Assembly (NCBI RefSeq): GCF_009914755.1
Contig: NC_060936.1
DNA length: 64,000 bases
Origin: the human T2T-CHM13v2.0 reference genome, Homo sapiens
Strand: one strand, 5' to 3'
The stretch's first letter is position 1. Every line of letters begins with the position of its first letter. The notes beneath the pieces are model-generated. The model ran no database searches. It saw nothing but the letters and a program-made list of their open reading frames with translations, and was not told where the DNA came from. This document shows, in pieces, positions 13,601-27,975 of this stretch. Made by a program: the position numbers and the translations under genes.

Positions 13601-16600
13601 TCAATCAAAAGTTTAACTCTGTGAGGTCAATGCACACATCACAAAGCAGTTTCTCAGAGAGAGTCTTTCTAATTTTTATCTGAGGATATTTCCTTTTAAA
13701 GCATAGTTCTCAAAGCATTCTCAAACATCCCTTCATAGATTCTACAAAAACAGTGTTTCCAAACTGTTCAATCAAAAGAAAGATTTAACACTGTGACAGG
13801 AATGCACACATCACAAAGTAGTGTCTCAGAAAGCTTCTTTCTAGTTTTTATCTGAAGATAGTTCCTTTTTCACCATAGGCCTCAATGTGCTCCCAAATAT
13901 CTCTTTGCAGATTCTGCAAAAACAGTGTATTCAAACTGTTCCATCAAAGGAAAGTTTTAACTCTGTGAGCAGAATGTATGCATCACAAAGCAGTTTCTCA
14001 GAAAGCTTCTTTCTAGTTTTTATTTGAAGATGTTTCCTTTTTCACCATAGGCCTCAATGCACTCCAAAATATCCCTTCACAGATTCTTCAAAAAGAGTGT
14101 TTCCAAAGCACTCGATTGGAAGAAAGTTTTAACACTGTGAGATGAATGCACACATCACAATGCAGTTTCTCAGAAAGTTTATTTCTAGTTTTATCTGCAC
14201 CTATTTCCATTTTCACATTAGGCCTCAATGCACTCTGAAATATCCCTTTGCAGATTCTACAAAAACAGTGTTTCCCACCTGTTCTATCAAAGGATGATTT
14301 AACTCTGTGAGATGAATGCACCCATCACAAAGCTGTGTGTCAGTAAGCTTCTCTATAGTTTTTATCTGAAGATATTTCCTTTTTTTACCATAAGCTTCAA
14401 TGCGCTCCCAAATATCCTTTTGCAGATTCTTCAAAAACAGTGTTTCCAAACTGCTCAATCAAAAGAAAGCTTTAACTCTGATAGCTGAATGCAAAAATCA
14501 CAAAGCGGTTTCTCAGAAAGCTTATTTCTAGTTTTTATCTGAAGATATTTCCTTTTTCACCATAGACCTACACTTGCTCCCAAAATACTGCTTCGTAGAT
14601 TCTACAAAAAGAGTTTTTCCAAGTTGCTCAATCAAAACAAAGCTTCAACTCCGTGAGATGAAGGTACACATCACAAAGTAGCTTCTAACAAAGCTTTTTT
14701 CTAGTTTCTATCTGAAGATATTTCCTTTTTCACCATATGTCTCAATGAGATCTCAAATATCCCTGTGCAGATTTGACAAAAACAGTGTTTCTAAACTACT
14801 CAATCAAAAGAAAGCTTTAACTGTGTGAGATGAATGCACACGTGACAAAGCTGTTTCTCAGAAAGTTTCTTTCTACTTTTTATCTGAAGATATGTCCTTT
14901 TTCACCATAGGCCTCAATACCCTCCCAAGTATCCCTTTGCAGATTCTACAAAAAGCAATGTTTCCAAAACTGCTCAATCAAATGATATGTTTAACTTTCT
15001 GATATGAATGTAACATCAAAATGTGGTTTCTCAAAAAGCTTTTTTCTAGTTTTAATCTGAAGATATTTCCATTTCCACCATAGACCTCAATGTGCTCCCA
15101 AATATACCTTCTCAGTTTCTACAAAAATCATGTTTCCAAACTGCTCAATTGAAAGAAAGCTTTATCTCAGTGAGATGAAAGCATGCATCCCAATGTAGTG
15201 ACTCAGAAAGCTCTTTCTACTTTTTATCTGAAGCTATTTCCTTTTTCACCAAATGCCAGAATGGGCTCCAAAATATCCCCTCGCAGATTTAGGAAAACAG
15301 TGTTTCTGAACTGCTCAAACAAAAGAATGGTTTAACTCTGTGAGATGAATGTAAGCATCACACAGCAGTTTTTAAACTGTTCAATAAAAAGAATGGTTTA
15401 ACTCTGTGATATGAAGGCACAATCAGAAAGCGGTGTCTCAGAGAGTTTCTTTCTACTTTTAATCTGAAGATATTTCCTTTTTTACCATAGGCCTCAAGGC
15501 ACTCTCAAATATCCCTTCTCACATTCTAAGAAAGCAGTGTTTCTAAACTGCTCATTAAAAAGAATGGTTTAACTGTGAGATGAATGTACACATCACAAAA
15601 CAGGTTCTCAGAATGCTTCTTTCTAGTTTTTATCTGAAGTTATTTCCTTTTTCACCATAGGCCTCAATGAGCTCCCAAAAATCCCATTGCAGATTCCACA
15701 AAAACAGTGTTTCCAAACTCCACAATCAAAATAAATGTTTAACTCTGTGAGATGAATGCACACATAACCAAGCAGCTTCTCAGAAAAGTTCTTTCTAGTT
15801 AATATCTCAAGATATTTACTTTTTCACCATAGGCCTCAATGCCCTCCCAAATATCAATTCAGAGATTCTACATAAACAGTGTTTCCAAACTGCTCAATGA
15901 AAAGAAAGTTTAACTCTGTGAAATGAATTCAAGATCACAAAGCAGTTTCTCAGAAAGCTTCTTTCCGGTTTTTATGTGATGATATTTCCTTTTCCACCAT
16001 TGGCCTCAGCATGCTCTCATATATCCCTCTTCAGATTCTACAAAAACAGTGTTTCCAAACTGTTCAATCAAAAGAAAGATTTAACCCTATGAGACGAATT
16101 CACACATCACAAAGCAGTGTCTCAGAAAGCTTCTTTCTAGTTTTCATATGAAGATATTTCCTTCTCACTATAGGCCTCAATGCACTCCCAAATATCCCTT
16201 TGCAGACTCTACAAAAACAGTGTATCCAAACTGTTCAATCAAAAGAAAGGTTTATCTCTGTGAGATGAATGCACACATCACAAAGTAGAGTCTCAGATAA
16301 CTTCTTTCTAGTTTTTATCTGAAGATATTTCCTTTTTCACCACAGGCTCCAAAGCATTCCCAAGTATACCTTTGCAGTTTCTACAAAAATGGCTTTTCTA
16401 AACTGTTCAATAAAAAGAAAGGTATACCTCTGTGACATGAATGCATGCATCACAAAGCAGTTTCTCATATAGCTTCTTTCTAGTTTTTATCTGAATTATT
16501 TCCTTTTTCACCATTGGTATCAATGTGCTCCCATATATCCCTTCACGGATTCTACAAAAACAGTGTTTCTAAACTGTTCAACCAAAAGAAAGTTTTAACT

Positions 16601-17001
16601 CCGTGAGATGAATACACACATCAAAAAGCAGTGTCTCAGACAGCTTTTTTCTAGTTATTATCTGAAGATATTTCCTTTTTCACCATAGGCCTCTATAGGC
16701 TCCAAAATATCCTTTGGAAGATTCTACAAAAACACTGTTTCCAACTGCTCAATCAAAAGAAAGCTTTAACCTGTGAGGTGAATGCACATACCACAAAGCA
16801 GTTTCTCAGAAAGCTTGTTTCTAGTTTTTATCTGAAAATATTTCCATTTTCACCATAGGCCCCGAAGTGCTCCTAAATGTCCATTCGCAGATTCTACAAA
16901 AACAATGTTTCTAAACTGCTCAATTGAAAGAAATGTTTAACTCTGTGGGATGAATGCACACATCACAAAGCAGTTTCTCAGAAAGCTTCTTTTTAGTTTT
17001 T
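7651..17001. repeat. Alpha satellite, divergent monomeric layer B (CTGCTCAAT / GATATTTCC variant)
   Basis: 171-bp period. From ~7705 monomers switch to AACTGCTCAATC and GATATTTCCTTTTTCACCATAG (pJalpha/A-box), with frequent GCAGTGTCTCAG. Confidence 0.95.
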
Positions 17002-17908
17002 TTCTACCTTTTAAAAATTTTATTATTATTATACTTTAAGGATTAGGGTACATGTGCACAACATGTGCCATGTTGGTGTGCTGCACCCATTAACTCATCA
17101 TTTAACATTAGGTATATCTCCTAATGCTATCCCTCCACCCTCCTCCCACCCAACAACAGTCCCCAGTGTGTGATGTTCCCCTTCCTGTGTCCATGTGTTC
17201 TCACTGTTGAATTCCCACCTATGAATGAGAACATGCAATGTGTGGTTTTTTGTCCTTGTGATAGTTTGCTGAGAATGATGGTTTCCAGTTTCATCCATGT
17301 CCCTACGAAGGACATGAACTCATCATTTTTTATGGCTGCACAGTATTCCATGGTGTATATGTGCCACATTTTCTTAATCCAGTCTATCGTTGTTGGACAT
17401 TTGGGTTGGTTCCAAGTCTTTGCTACTGTGAATAGTGCCGCTATAAACATACCTGTGCATGTGTCTTTATAGCAGCATGATTTATAATCCTTTGGGTATA
17501 TATCCAGTAATGGGATGGCTGGGTCAAATAGTATTTCTAGTTCTAGATCCCTGTGGAATTACCACACTGACTTCCACAATGGTTGAACTAGTTTACAGTC
17601 CCACCAACAGTGTAAAAGTGTTCCATTTCTCCACATGCTCTCCAGCACCTGTTGTTTCCTGACTTTTTAATGATCACCATTCTAAGTGGTGTGAGATGGT
17701 ATCTCATTGTGGTTTTGATTTGCATTTCTCTGATGGCCAATGATGATGAGCATTTTTTCATGTGTTTTTCGCTGCATAAATGTCTTCTTTTGAGAAGTGT
17801 CTGTTCATATCTTTTGCCCACTTTTTGATGAGGTTGTTTGTTTTTTTCTTGTAACTTTTTTTGAGTTCATTGTAGATTCTAGATATTATCCCTTTGTCAG
17901 ATGAGTAG
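17002..17908 (-). mobile_element. LINE-1 3' fragment (~0.9 kb, 5'-truncated), L1PA4-like
   Basis: Contains the ORF2 C-terminus ([13 protein letters not shown]; [21 protein letters not shown]), the 3'UTR and a decayed poly(A). 18-bp TSD AGCTTCTTTTTAGTTTTT at 16984-17001 and 17907-17924. The 3'UTR reads CCTAATGTTAAATGA (recalled L1PA4 diagnostic). Small internal deletion near 17061. Confidence 0.95.
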
Positions 17909-19563
17909 CTTCTTTTTAGTTTTTATCTGAAGATATTTCTGTTTTCACCATAGGCCTCAATGCACTCCAAAATATCCCTTTGCTGATTCTACAAAAACAG
18001 TGTTTACAAACTAGTCAATGAAAAGAAAGGTTTACCTCTGTCAGGTGAGTGCACACATCACAAAGCAGTTTCTCAGGAAGCTTCTTTCTAATTTTTATCT
18101 TAAGGTATATCACTTTTCACTATAGATCTCAATACACTCCCAAATATCCCTTCTCTGATTCTACAAAAACAGTGTTTACAGGCTACTGAATCAAAAGAAA
18201 GTTTACCTCTGTGAGATGAATGAACACATCAAAAAGCTGTTTCTCAGAAATCTTCTTTCTAGTTTTTATCTGAAGATATTTCCTTTTTTCACCATAGGCC
18301 TCAATGCACTCTGAAATATCCCTTTGCTGATTCTAGAAAAACAGTGTTTCCAAACTGCTCAATCAAAAGAAAGATTTAACTCTATGAGCTGAATGCGACC
18401 ATGACAAAGCAGTTTCTCAGAAAGCATCTTTCTTCTTTTCAATCTGATGATATTTCCTTTTTCACCATGGGCTCAAGGTGCTCCCAAATATCCCTTCACA
18501 GATTTAGAAAAACAGTGTTTGTGAACTGATCAATCAAAAGAATGGTTTAACTCTGTGAGTTGACTCCACACATCACAAAGCAGTTTCTCAGAATGCTTCT
18601 TTCTAGTTTTTATCTATGGATATTTCTTTTTTCACCATAGGCCTCAACGTGCTCCCAAATATCGTTTCACAGATTTTACAAAAATAGTGTTTATAAACTG
18701 CTAAATAAAAGAAAGTTTTAACTCTGTGAGTTGAATGCATACATTATAAAGCAGTGTCTCAGAAAGCTTCTTTCTAATTTTCATCTGAAGGTGTTTACTT
18801 TTTCACCATAGGCCTTAATGCAGTCAAAAATATCCCTTTGCAGACTCTAGATAAACAGAGTTTCCAAGCTACTCAATCAAAAGAAAGGTTTAACTCTGTG
18901 AGATAAATGCACACATCACAAGTGGGTATTCAGAAAGCTTCTTTCTAGTTTATATCTGAAGTTATTTCCTTTTACATCACAGGCCACAATGTGCTCCCAA
19001 ATATCACTTTGAAGATTCTACAAAAACAATGTTTCCAAACTGCTCAATCTAAAGTAATGTTTAACTCTGTGGGATGAATGGACATATCACAAAGCAGTTT
19101 CTCAGAAAACTTCTTTCAAGTTTTGCTCTGAAGATATTTCTTTTTTCAGCATAGACCAAAATGCACTCCCAAATGTCTCTTCACAGATTCTATAAAAACA
19201 GAGTTTCCACACTATGTAATCAAAAGAAAGGTTTAACTCTGTGTGATGAATGCTCACATCACAAAGCAGTGTCTCAGAAAGTTTCTTTCTAGTTGTATCT
19301 GAAAATATATGTTTTTTCACCATAGGCCAGAGAGCACTCCCAAAGATCTCTTTGCAGATTCTACAAAAATAGTTTTTCTAAACTGATCAAAAAATAGAAT
19401 GTTTTCACTCTGTGAGATGTAAGCATGCTTCACAAAGCAGTGTCTCAGAAAGCTTCTTTCTAGTTTATATCTGAAGACATTTCCCATTTCACCATTGGCC
19501 TCAACATGCTCCCCAATATCCCTTCTCAGTTTCTAAAAAAAGAGTGTTTCTAAACTACTCAAT
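17909..19563. repeat. Alpha satellite, layer B continued
   Basis: Monomer register resumes exactly after the L1 TSD. Confidence 0.95.
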
Positions 19564-20172
19564 TGTTGTACCTGAGCGAGTTAGAGAAACACCACACTTT
19601 GAGATGAATTTAAGAGTCCTTTTTTAGCTGGCACCCGAAAGATGGCTAACACTCAAAATTCTCTCAGCCTTGAGACAGCGGCTTGATTTTCCTTTATACT
19701 TTGCTTTAGGAAGGGGAGGATAGCTCAGTTGCAACAATTCTACAGAAGTAAAATCACAGAAAAAAAATTAAAAGACAAATGGTTACAGGGAAACAAACAG
19801 TTCCAGGTGCAGGGGCTCTAAATCTATTATTAGATGTTAGGTATGGGGGCTCTGCAGGACACAAACTCACAGCTTTGTGGTGTTATCTCTTGAGTGAAAC
19901 CCTGGGAACTTCGTACACTGCTTGCTTAAGTACCTTATCAGCTAATTGGACTCTTTGATATGTTGAGAGTCAGCTTACAGAAGTTAACTCCTTGAGGAAG
20001 AGGATGGGTAAGGATTCCTTGATGTCTTGTAAATGAAGGAGCAAAATGGAGTTCATCCATGCAGCTTTCTCAGCTAAGGGAGAGTCTATTCCTGTGGAAA
20101 CAAGGGTAGGTGATTAAGAGAGAAAGGAAGAGTCTAAAAACAAGGTTAGTAAAAACAAAGTTAGGTATTACA
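19564..20172 (-). mobile_element. Solo LTR, LTR6 family (HERVS71/HERV-T, ERV1 class), 609 bp
   Basis: Minus strand starts TGTAATACCTAAC and ends CTCGCTCAGGTACAACA (TG...CA). 4-bp TSD CAAT at 19560-19563 and 20173-20176. TATAAA at 19693-19698 on the minus strand. Family assigned from recalled LTR6 consensus. Confidence 0.85.
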
Positions 20173-22499
20173 CAATAAAAAGAACATTTTCATTCTGTGA
20201 GATGCAAGCACGCATTACAAAGCAGTGACTCAGAAAGCTTTTTTCTATTTATACCTGAAAACATTTACTTTTTCACAATTGGCCTCCATCTGCTCCTCAA
20301 TATCCCTTCTCAGATTCTATAAAAGCAGTGTTTCCAAGCTGCACAATCAAAAGAAAGTTTTAACTCTGTGAGATGAAAGCACACATCAAAAATCAGTGTC
20401 TCAGAAAACTTCTTTCTAGTTTTTACCTGAAGATATTTCCTTTTTTACCACAGGCCTCAGTGTGCTCCCAAAAATCCTTTGGCAGATTCTACAAAAACAG
20501 TGTTTGCAAACTGCTCAATCAAAAGAAAGATTTGTCTGTGAGATAAATGCATGCATCACAAAGCAGTTTCTCAGAAAGCTTCTTTTTAGTTTTTATCTGA
20601 AGATGGTTCCATTTTCAACATAGGCCTCAATGGCTCCCAAATATCCCTTGGTAGATTCTACAAAAACAGTGTTTTGAAACTTCTCAATCAAAACAAGGCT
20701 TTAACACTGTGAGATAAATGGATACATCACAAACCATTTTCTCAGAAACTTATTTCTAGTTTTTATCTGAAGGTATTTCCTTTTTCATCACAGGCCTGAA
20801 TGCGTTCCCAAATATCCCTTTGCAGATTCTACAAAAACAGTGATTCCCAACTGCCCAATCAAAAGAATGGTTTATTTTTTTGAGATGAATGCATACACCA
20901 CAAAGCAGATTCTCAGAAAGCTTCCTTCTAGTTTTCATCTGAATATATTTCGTTTGTCAACATAGCCCTCAGTATGCTCCCAAATATGCCTTTGCATATT
21001 CTATGAAAACTGTATCCAAGCTCCTCAATCAAAAGAAAGGTTTAACTTTGTGAGGTGAATTCACACATCACAAAGTAGTTTCTCAGAAATCTTCTTTCTA
21101 GTTTTTATCTGAAGATATTTCCTTTTTCACCATAGGACTTGGTGCATTCCCAAATATCCCTCTGCAGATTCTATAAAAACAGTGTTTCCAAACTGCTCAA
21201 ACATAAGAAAGCATTAACTCTGTGAGATGAATGCACACATCACAATGAAATTTCTCAGCAACTTTCTTTCTAGTTTACATATGAAGCTTTTTTTTCACCA
21301 TAGGCCTCAATGTACTCTCAAATAAGCCTTTGCAGATTCTACAAAAACAGTGTTTACAAACTGCTGAATCCAAAGAAAGGTTTAACTCTGTGAAACGAAT
21401 GCATACATCACAAAGCAGTTTCTCAGAAATCTTCTTTCTTTTTTTTATCTGAAGATGTTTCCTTTTTCAGCATTGGCCTCCATGTGCTCCCAAATATCCT
21501 TTTGCAGCTTCTGCAAAAACAGTGTTTCCAAACTGCTGAATAACAAGAAAGGTTTAACTCTGTGATATGAATGCACACATCACAAAGCATTTCCTTAGAA
21601 AGATTCTTTCTAGTTTTTATATGATTATGATACCTTTTTCACCAGAGGCCTCAATGCACTCCTAAATATCCCTTCACGGATTTACAGAAACAGAGTTTTC
21701 AAACTGCTGAGTGAAAAAAAAAAAAAAGGTTTAACTCTGAAAGATGAAGGAGCTCATCACAAAGCAGTTTCTCAGCTAGCTTCCTTCTGGTTTTTAACCT
21801 GTGATATTGGCTTTTTCACCACTGGCCTCAATGAGTTCCAAATGCCCATTTGTAGAATGGACATAAACAGTGTTTCGAAACTTCTGAATCCAAAGAAATG
21901 TTTAAATCTGTGATATGAATGCACACATCACAAAGGAGATTCTCAGAAAGTTTCTTTCTAGTTTGTGTATGAATATATTTCTTTTTCACTGTAGTCCTCA
22001 ATGTGCTCCTAAAAATCCCTTCATAGATTCTACAAAAACAGTGTTTCCAAACTGCTGATTGAAAAGAAAGGTTTAACGTTGTGGCAAGAATGCAGACATC
22101 ACAAAACAGTTCCTCAAATAGCTTCCTTCGAGTTTTTATCCTGGGATATTCTCTTTCTAAACATTGGCCTCAATGAGCTCCCAAATGTCCATTCACGGAA
22201 TGGAAAGAAAATAGTGTTTTCAAACTGCTGAATGAAAACAAACGTTTAACTCTGTGAGGTGAATACACACATCAGAAATAGTTTCTCAGATAGCTTCCAT
22301 CTAGATTTTATCCTGGGATATTGGCTTTTTTGCCTTTGACATCAATGAGTTCCAAATGTCCGTTTGTAGAATGGACGAAAACGGTGTTTCCAAAATGCTG
22401 AATCCAAAGAAATGTTTAACTCTGATATGCATGCACACACTACACAGAAGATTCTCAAAAGGATTCTTTCTAGTTTTTATATGAAGATATTTCTTTTTT
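20173..22499. repeat. Alpha satellite, end of layer B and transition (~21.3-21.8 kb) into the dimeric layer
   Basis: CTGCTGAAT returns at ~21361. Second monomer type (GATAGCTTCCTTC..CCTGGGATATT..GTCCATT..GAATGGAC) appears from ~21770. Confidence 0.92.
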
Positions 22500-23537
22500 G
22501 GGAGGGGAGCCAAGAAGGCCGAATAGGAAAAGCTCCGGTCTACAGCTCCCAGTGTGAGTGACACAGAAGATGGGTGATTTCTGCATTTCCATCGGAGGTA
22601 CCGGGTTCATCTCACTAGGGAGTGCCAGACAGTGGGTGCAGGACAGGGGGTGCAGCACACCGTGCATGAGCCAAAGCAGGGTGAGGCATTGCATCACTCG
22701 GGAAGTGCAAGGGATCAGTGAGTTCCGTTTCCTAGTCAAAGAAAGGGGTGACAGATGGCACCTGGAAAATCAGGTCACTCCGACCCTAATACTGTGCTTT
22801 TCTGATGGGCGTAAAAAAAGGCACGCCAGGAGATTATATCCCACACATGGCTCAGAGGGTCCTACCCCCACGGAGTCTCACTGATTGCTAGCACAGCCGT
22901 CTGAGATCAAACGGCAAGGAGGCAACGAGGCTGAGGGAGGGAGGCCTGCCATTGCCCAGGCTTGCGTAGTTAAACAAAGCAGCCAAGAAGCTCAAACTGG
23001 GTGGAGCCCACCACAGCTCAAGGAGGTTCTGCCTGCCTCTGTAGGGCTCCACCTCTGGGGGCAGGGCACAGAAAAACAAAAAGACAGCAGTAACCTCTGC
23101 AGACTTAAATGTCCCTGTCTGACAGCATTGAAGAGAGCAGTGGTTCTCCCAGTATGCAGCTGGAGATCTGTGAATGGGCAGAGTGCCCCCTCAAGTTGGT
23201 CCCTGGGCCCTGACCCCAAAGCAGCCTAACTGGGAGGCACACCCAAGTAGGGGCAGACTGACACCACACATGGCCGGGTACTCCTCTGAAACAAAACTTC
23301 CAGAGGAACGATCAGACAGCAGCATTCACGGTTCATGAAAATCCTCTCTTCTGCAGCCACTGCTGCGGATATCCAGGCAAACAGGGTCTGGAATGGACCT
23401 CTAGCAAACTCCAACAAACCTGCAGCTGAGGGCCCTGTCTGTTAGAAGGAAAACTAACAAACAGAAAGGACATCCACACCAAAAACCCATCTGTACATAA
23501 CCATCATCAAAGACCAAAAGTAGATAAAACCACAAAG
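22500..23537 (+). promoter_or_regulatory. L1 5'UTR internal sense/antisense promoter; retains the ~129-bp ZNF93-target segment (~23281-23412); YY1 core mutated
   Basis: Segment CTCCTCTGAAACAAAACTTCCAGAGG...CTCTAGCAAACTCC is present; it is deleted in L1PA2/L1HS. YY1 motif CAAGATGGCCG reads CAAGAAGGCCG (22516). Confidence 0.8.
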
Positions 23538-24554
23538 ATGGGGAAAAAGCAGAGCAGAAAAATTGGAAACTCTAAAAAGCAGAGCACTTCTCCTCCTCCA
23601 AAGGAACGCAGTTGCTCACCAGCAATGGAACAAAGCTGGATGGAGAATCACTTTGACGAGTGGAGAGAAGAAGGCTTCAGATGATCAAACTTCTCTGAGC
23701 TACAGGAGGAAATACAAACCAAAGGCAAAGAAGTTGAAAACTTTGAAAAAAATTTAGATGAATGTATAACTAGAATAACCAATACAGAGAAGTGCTTAAA
23801 GGAGCTGATGGAGTGGAAAGCCAAGGCTCAAGAACTATGTGAAGAATGCAGAAGACTCAGGAGCCGATGTGATCAACTGGAAGAAAGGGTATCAGTGATG
23901 GAAGATGAAATGAATGAAATGAAGTGAGAAGGGAAGTTTAGAGAAAAAAGACTAAAAAGAAAAGAACAAAGTCTCCAAGAAATATGGGACAATGTGAGAA
24001 GATCAAATCTACATTTGATTGGTGTACCTGAAAGTGACAGGGAGAATGGAACCAAGTTGGAAAACACTCTGCTGGATATTATCCAGGAGAACTTCCCCAA
24101 TCTAGCAAGGTAGGCCAACATTCAGATTCAGGAAGTACAGAGAATGCCACAAAGATACTCCTCGAGAAGAGCAACTCCAAGACACACAATTGTCAGATTC
24201 ACCAAAGTTGAAATGAAGGAAAAAATGTTAAGGGCAGCCAGAGAGAAAGGTCTGGTTACCTACAAAGGGAAGCCCATCAGACTAACAGTGGATCCCTCGG
24301 CAGAAACTCTACAAGGCAGAAGAGAGTGGGGGCCAATATTCAACATTCTTAAAGAAAAGAATTTTCAACCCAGAATTTCATATCCAGACAAACTAAGCTT
24401 CATAACTGAAGGAGAAATAAAATACTTTACAGACAAGCAAATGCTGAGAGATTTTGTCACCACCAGCCCTGCCCTAAAAGAGCCCCTGAAGGAAGCACTA
24501 AACATGGAAAGGAACAACCAGTACCAGCCACTGTAAAATCATGCCAAATTGTAA
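23538..24554 (+). pseudogene. L1 ORF1p, disrupted
   Basis: ATGGGGAAAAAGCAG at 23538 to TAA at 24552-24554 (1017 bp, canonical length). Several in-frame stops, e.g. TGA ~23682, TAG 24111, TAA 24534. Confidence 0.92.
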
Positions 24555-24617
24555 AGACCATCCAGGCTAGGAAGAAACTGCATCAACTAAAGTGCAAAAT
24601 AACCAGCTAACATCATA

Positions 24618-27881
<3,264 letters not shown>

Positions 27882-27885
27882 GAGA

Positions 27886-27975
27886 AATGGTGAATGCAAA
27901 TATCCCTGGATAAAACCTGGAAGGAAGCCGTCTGAGAAACAGTTTTGTGATGTGTGCATCCACTTCTCAGAGTTA
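27886..27975. repeat. ~90-bp alpha satellite fragment in inverted orientation
   Basis: Reverse complement reads TAACTCTGAGAAGTGGATGCACACATCACAAAACTGTTTCTCAGACGGCTTCCTTCCAGGTTTTATCCAGGGATATTTGCATTCACCATT, half of a second-type monomer. Confidence 0.88.

Noticed and set aside
22878-22952. L1 antisense ORF0
   Set aside because: The ATG is present but the frame stops after 24 codons (MAGLPPSASLPPCRLISDGCASNQ*). In the 61-kb L1 the ORF0 ATG reads AGG.
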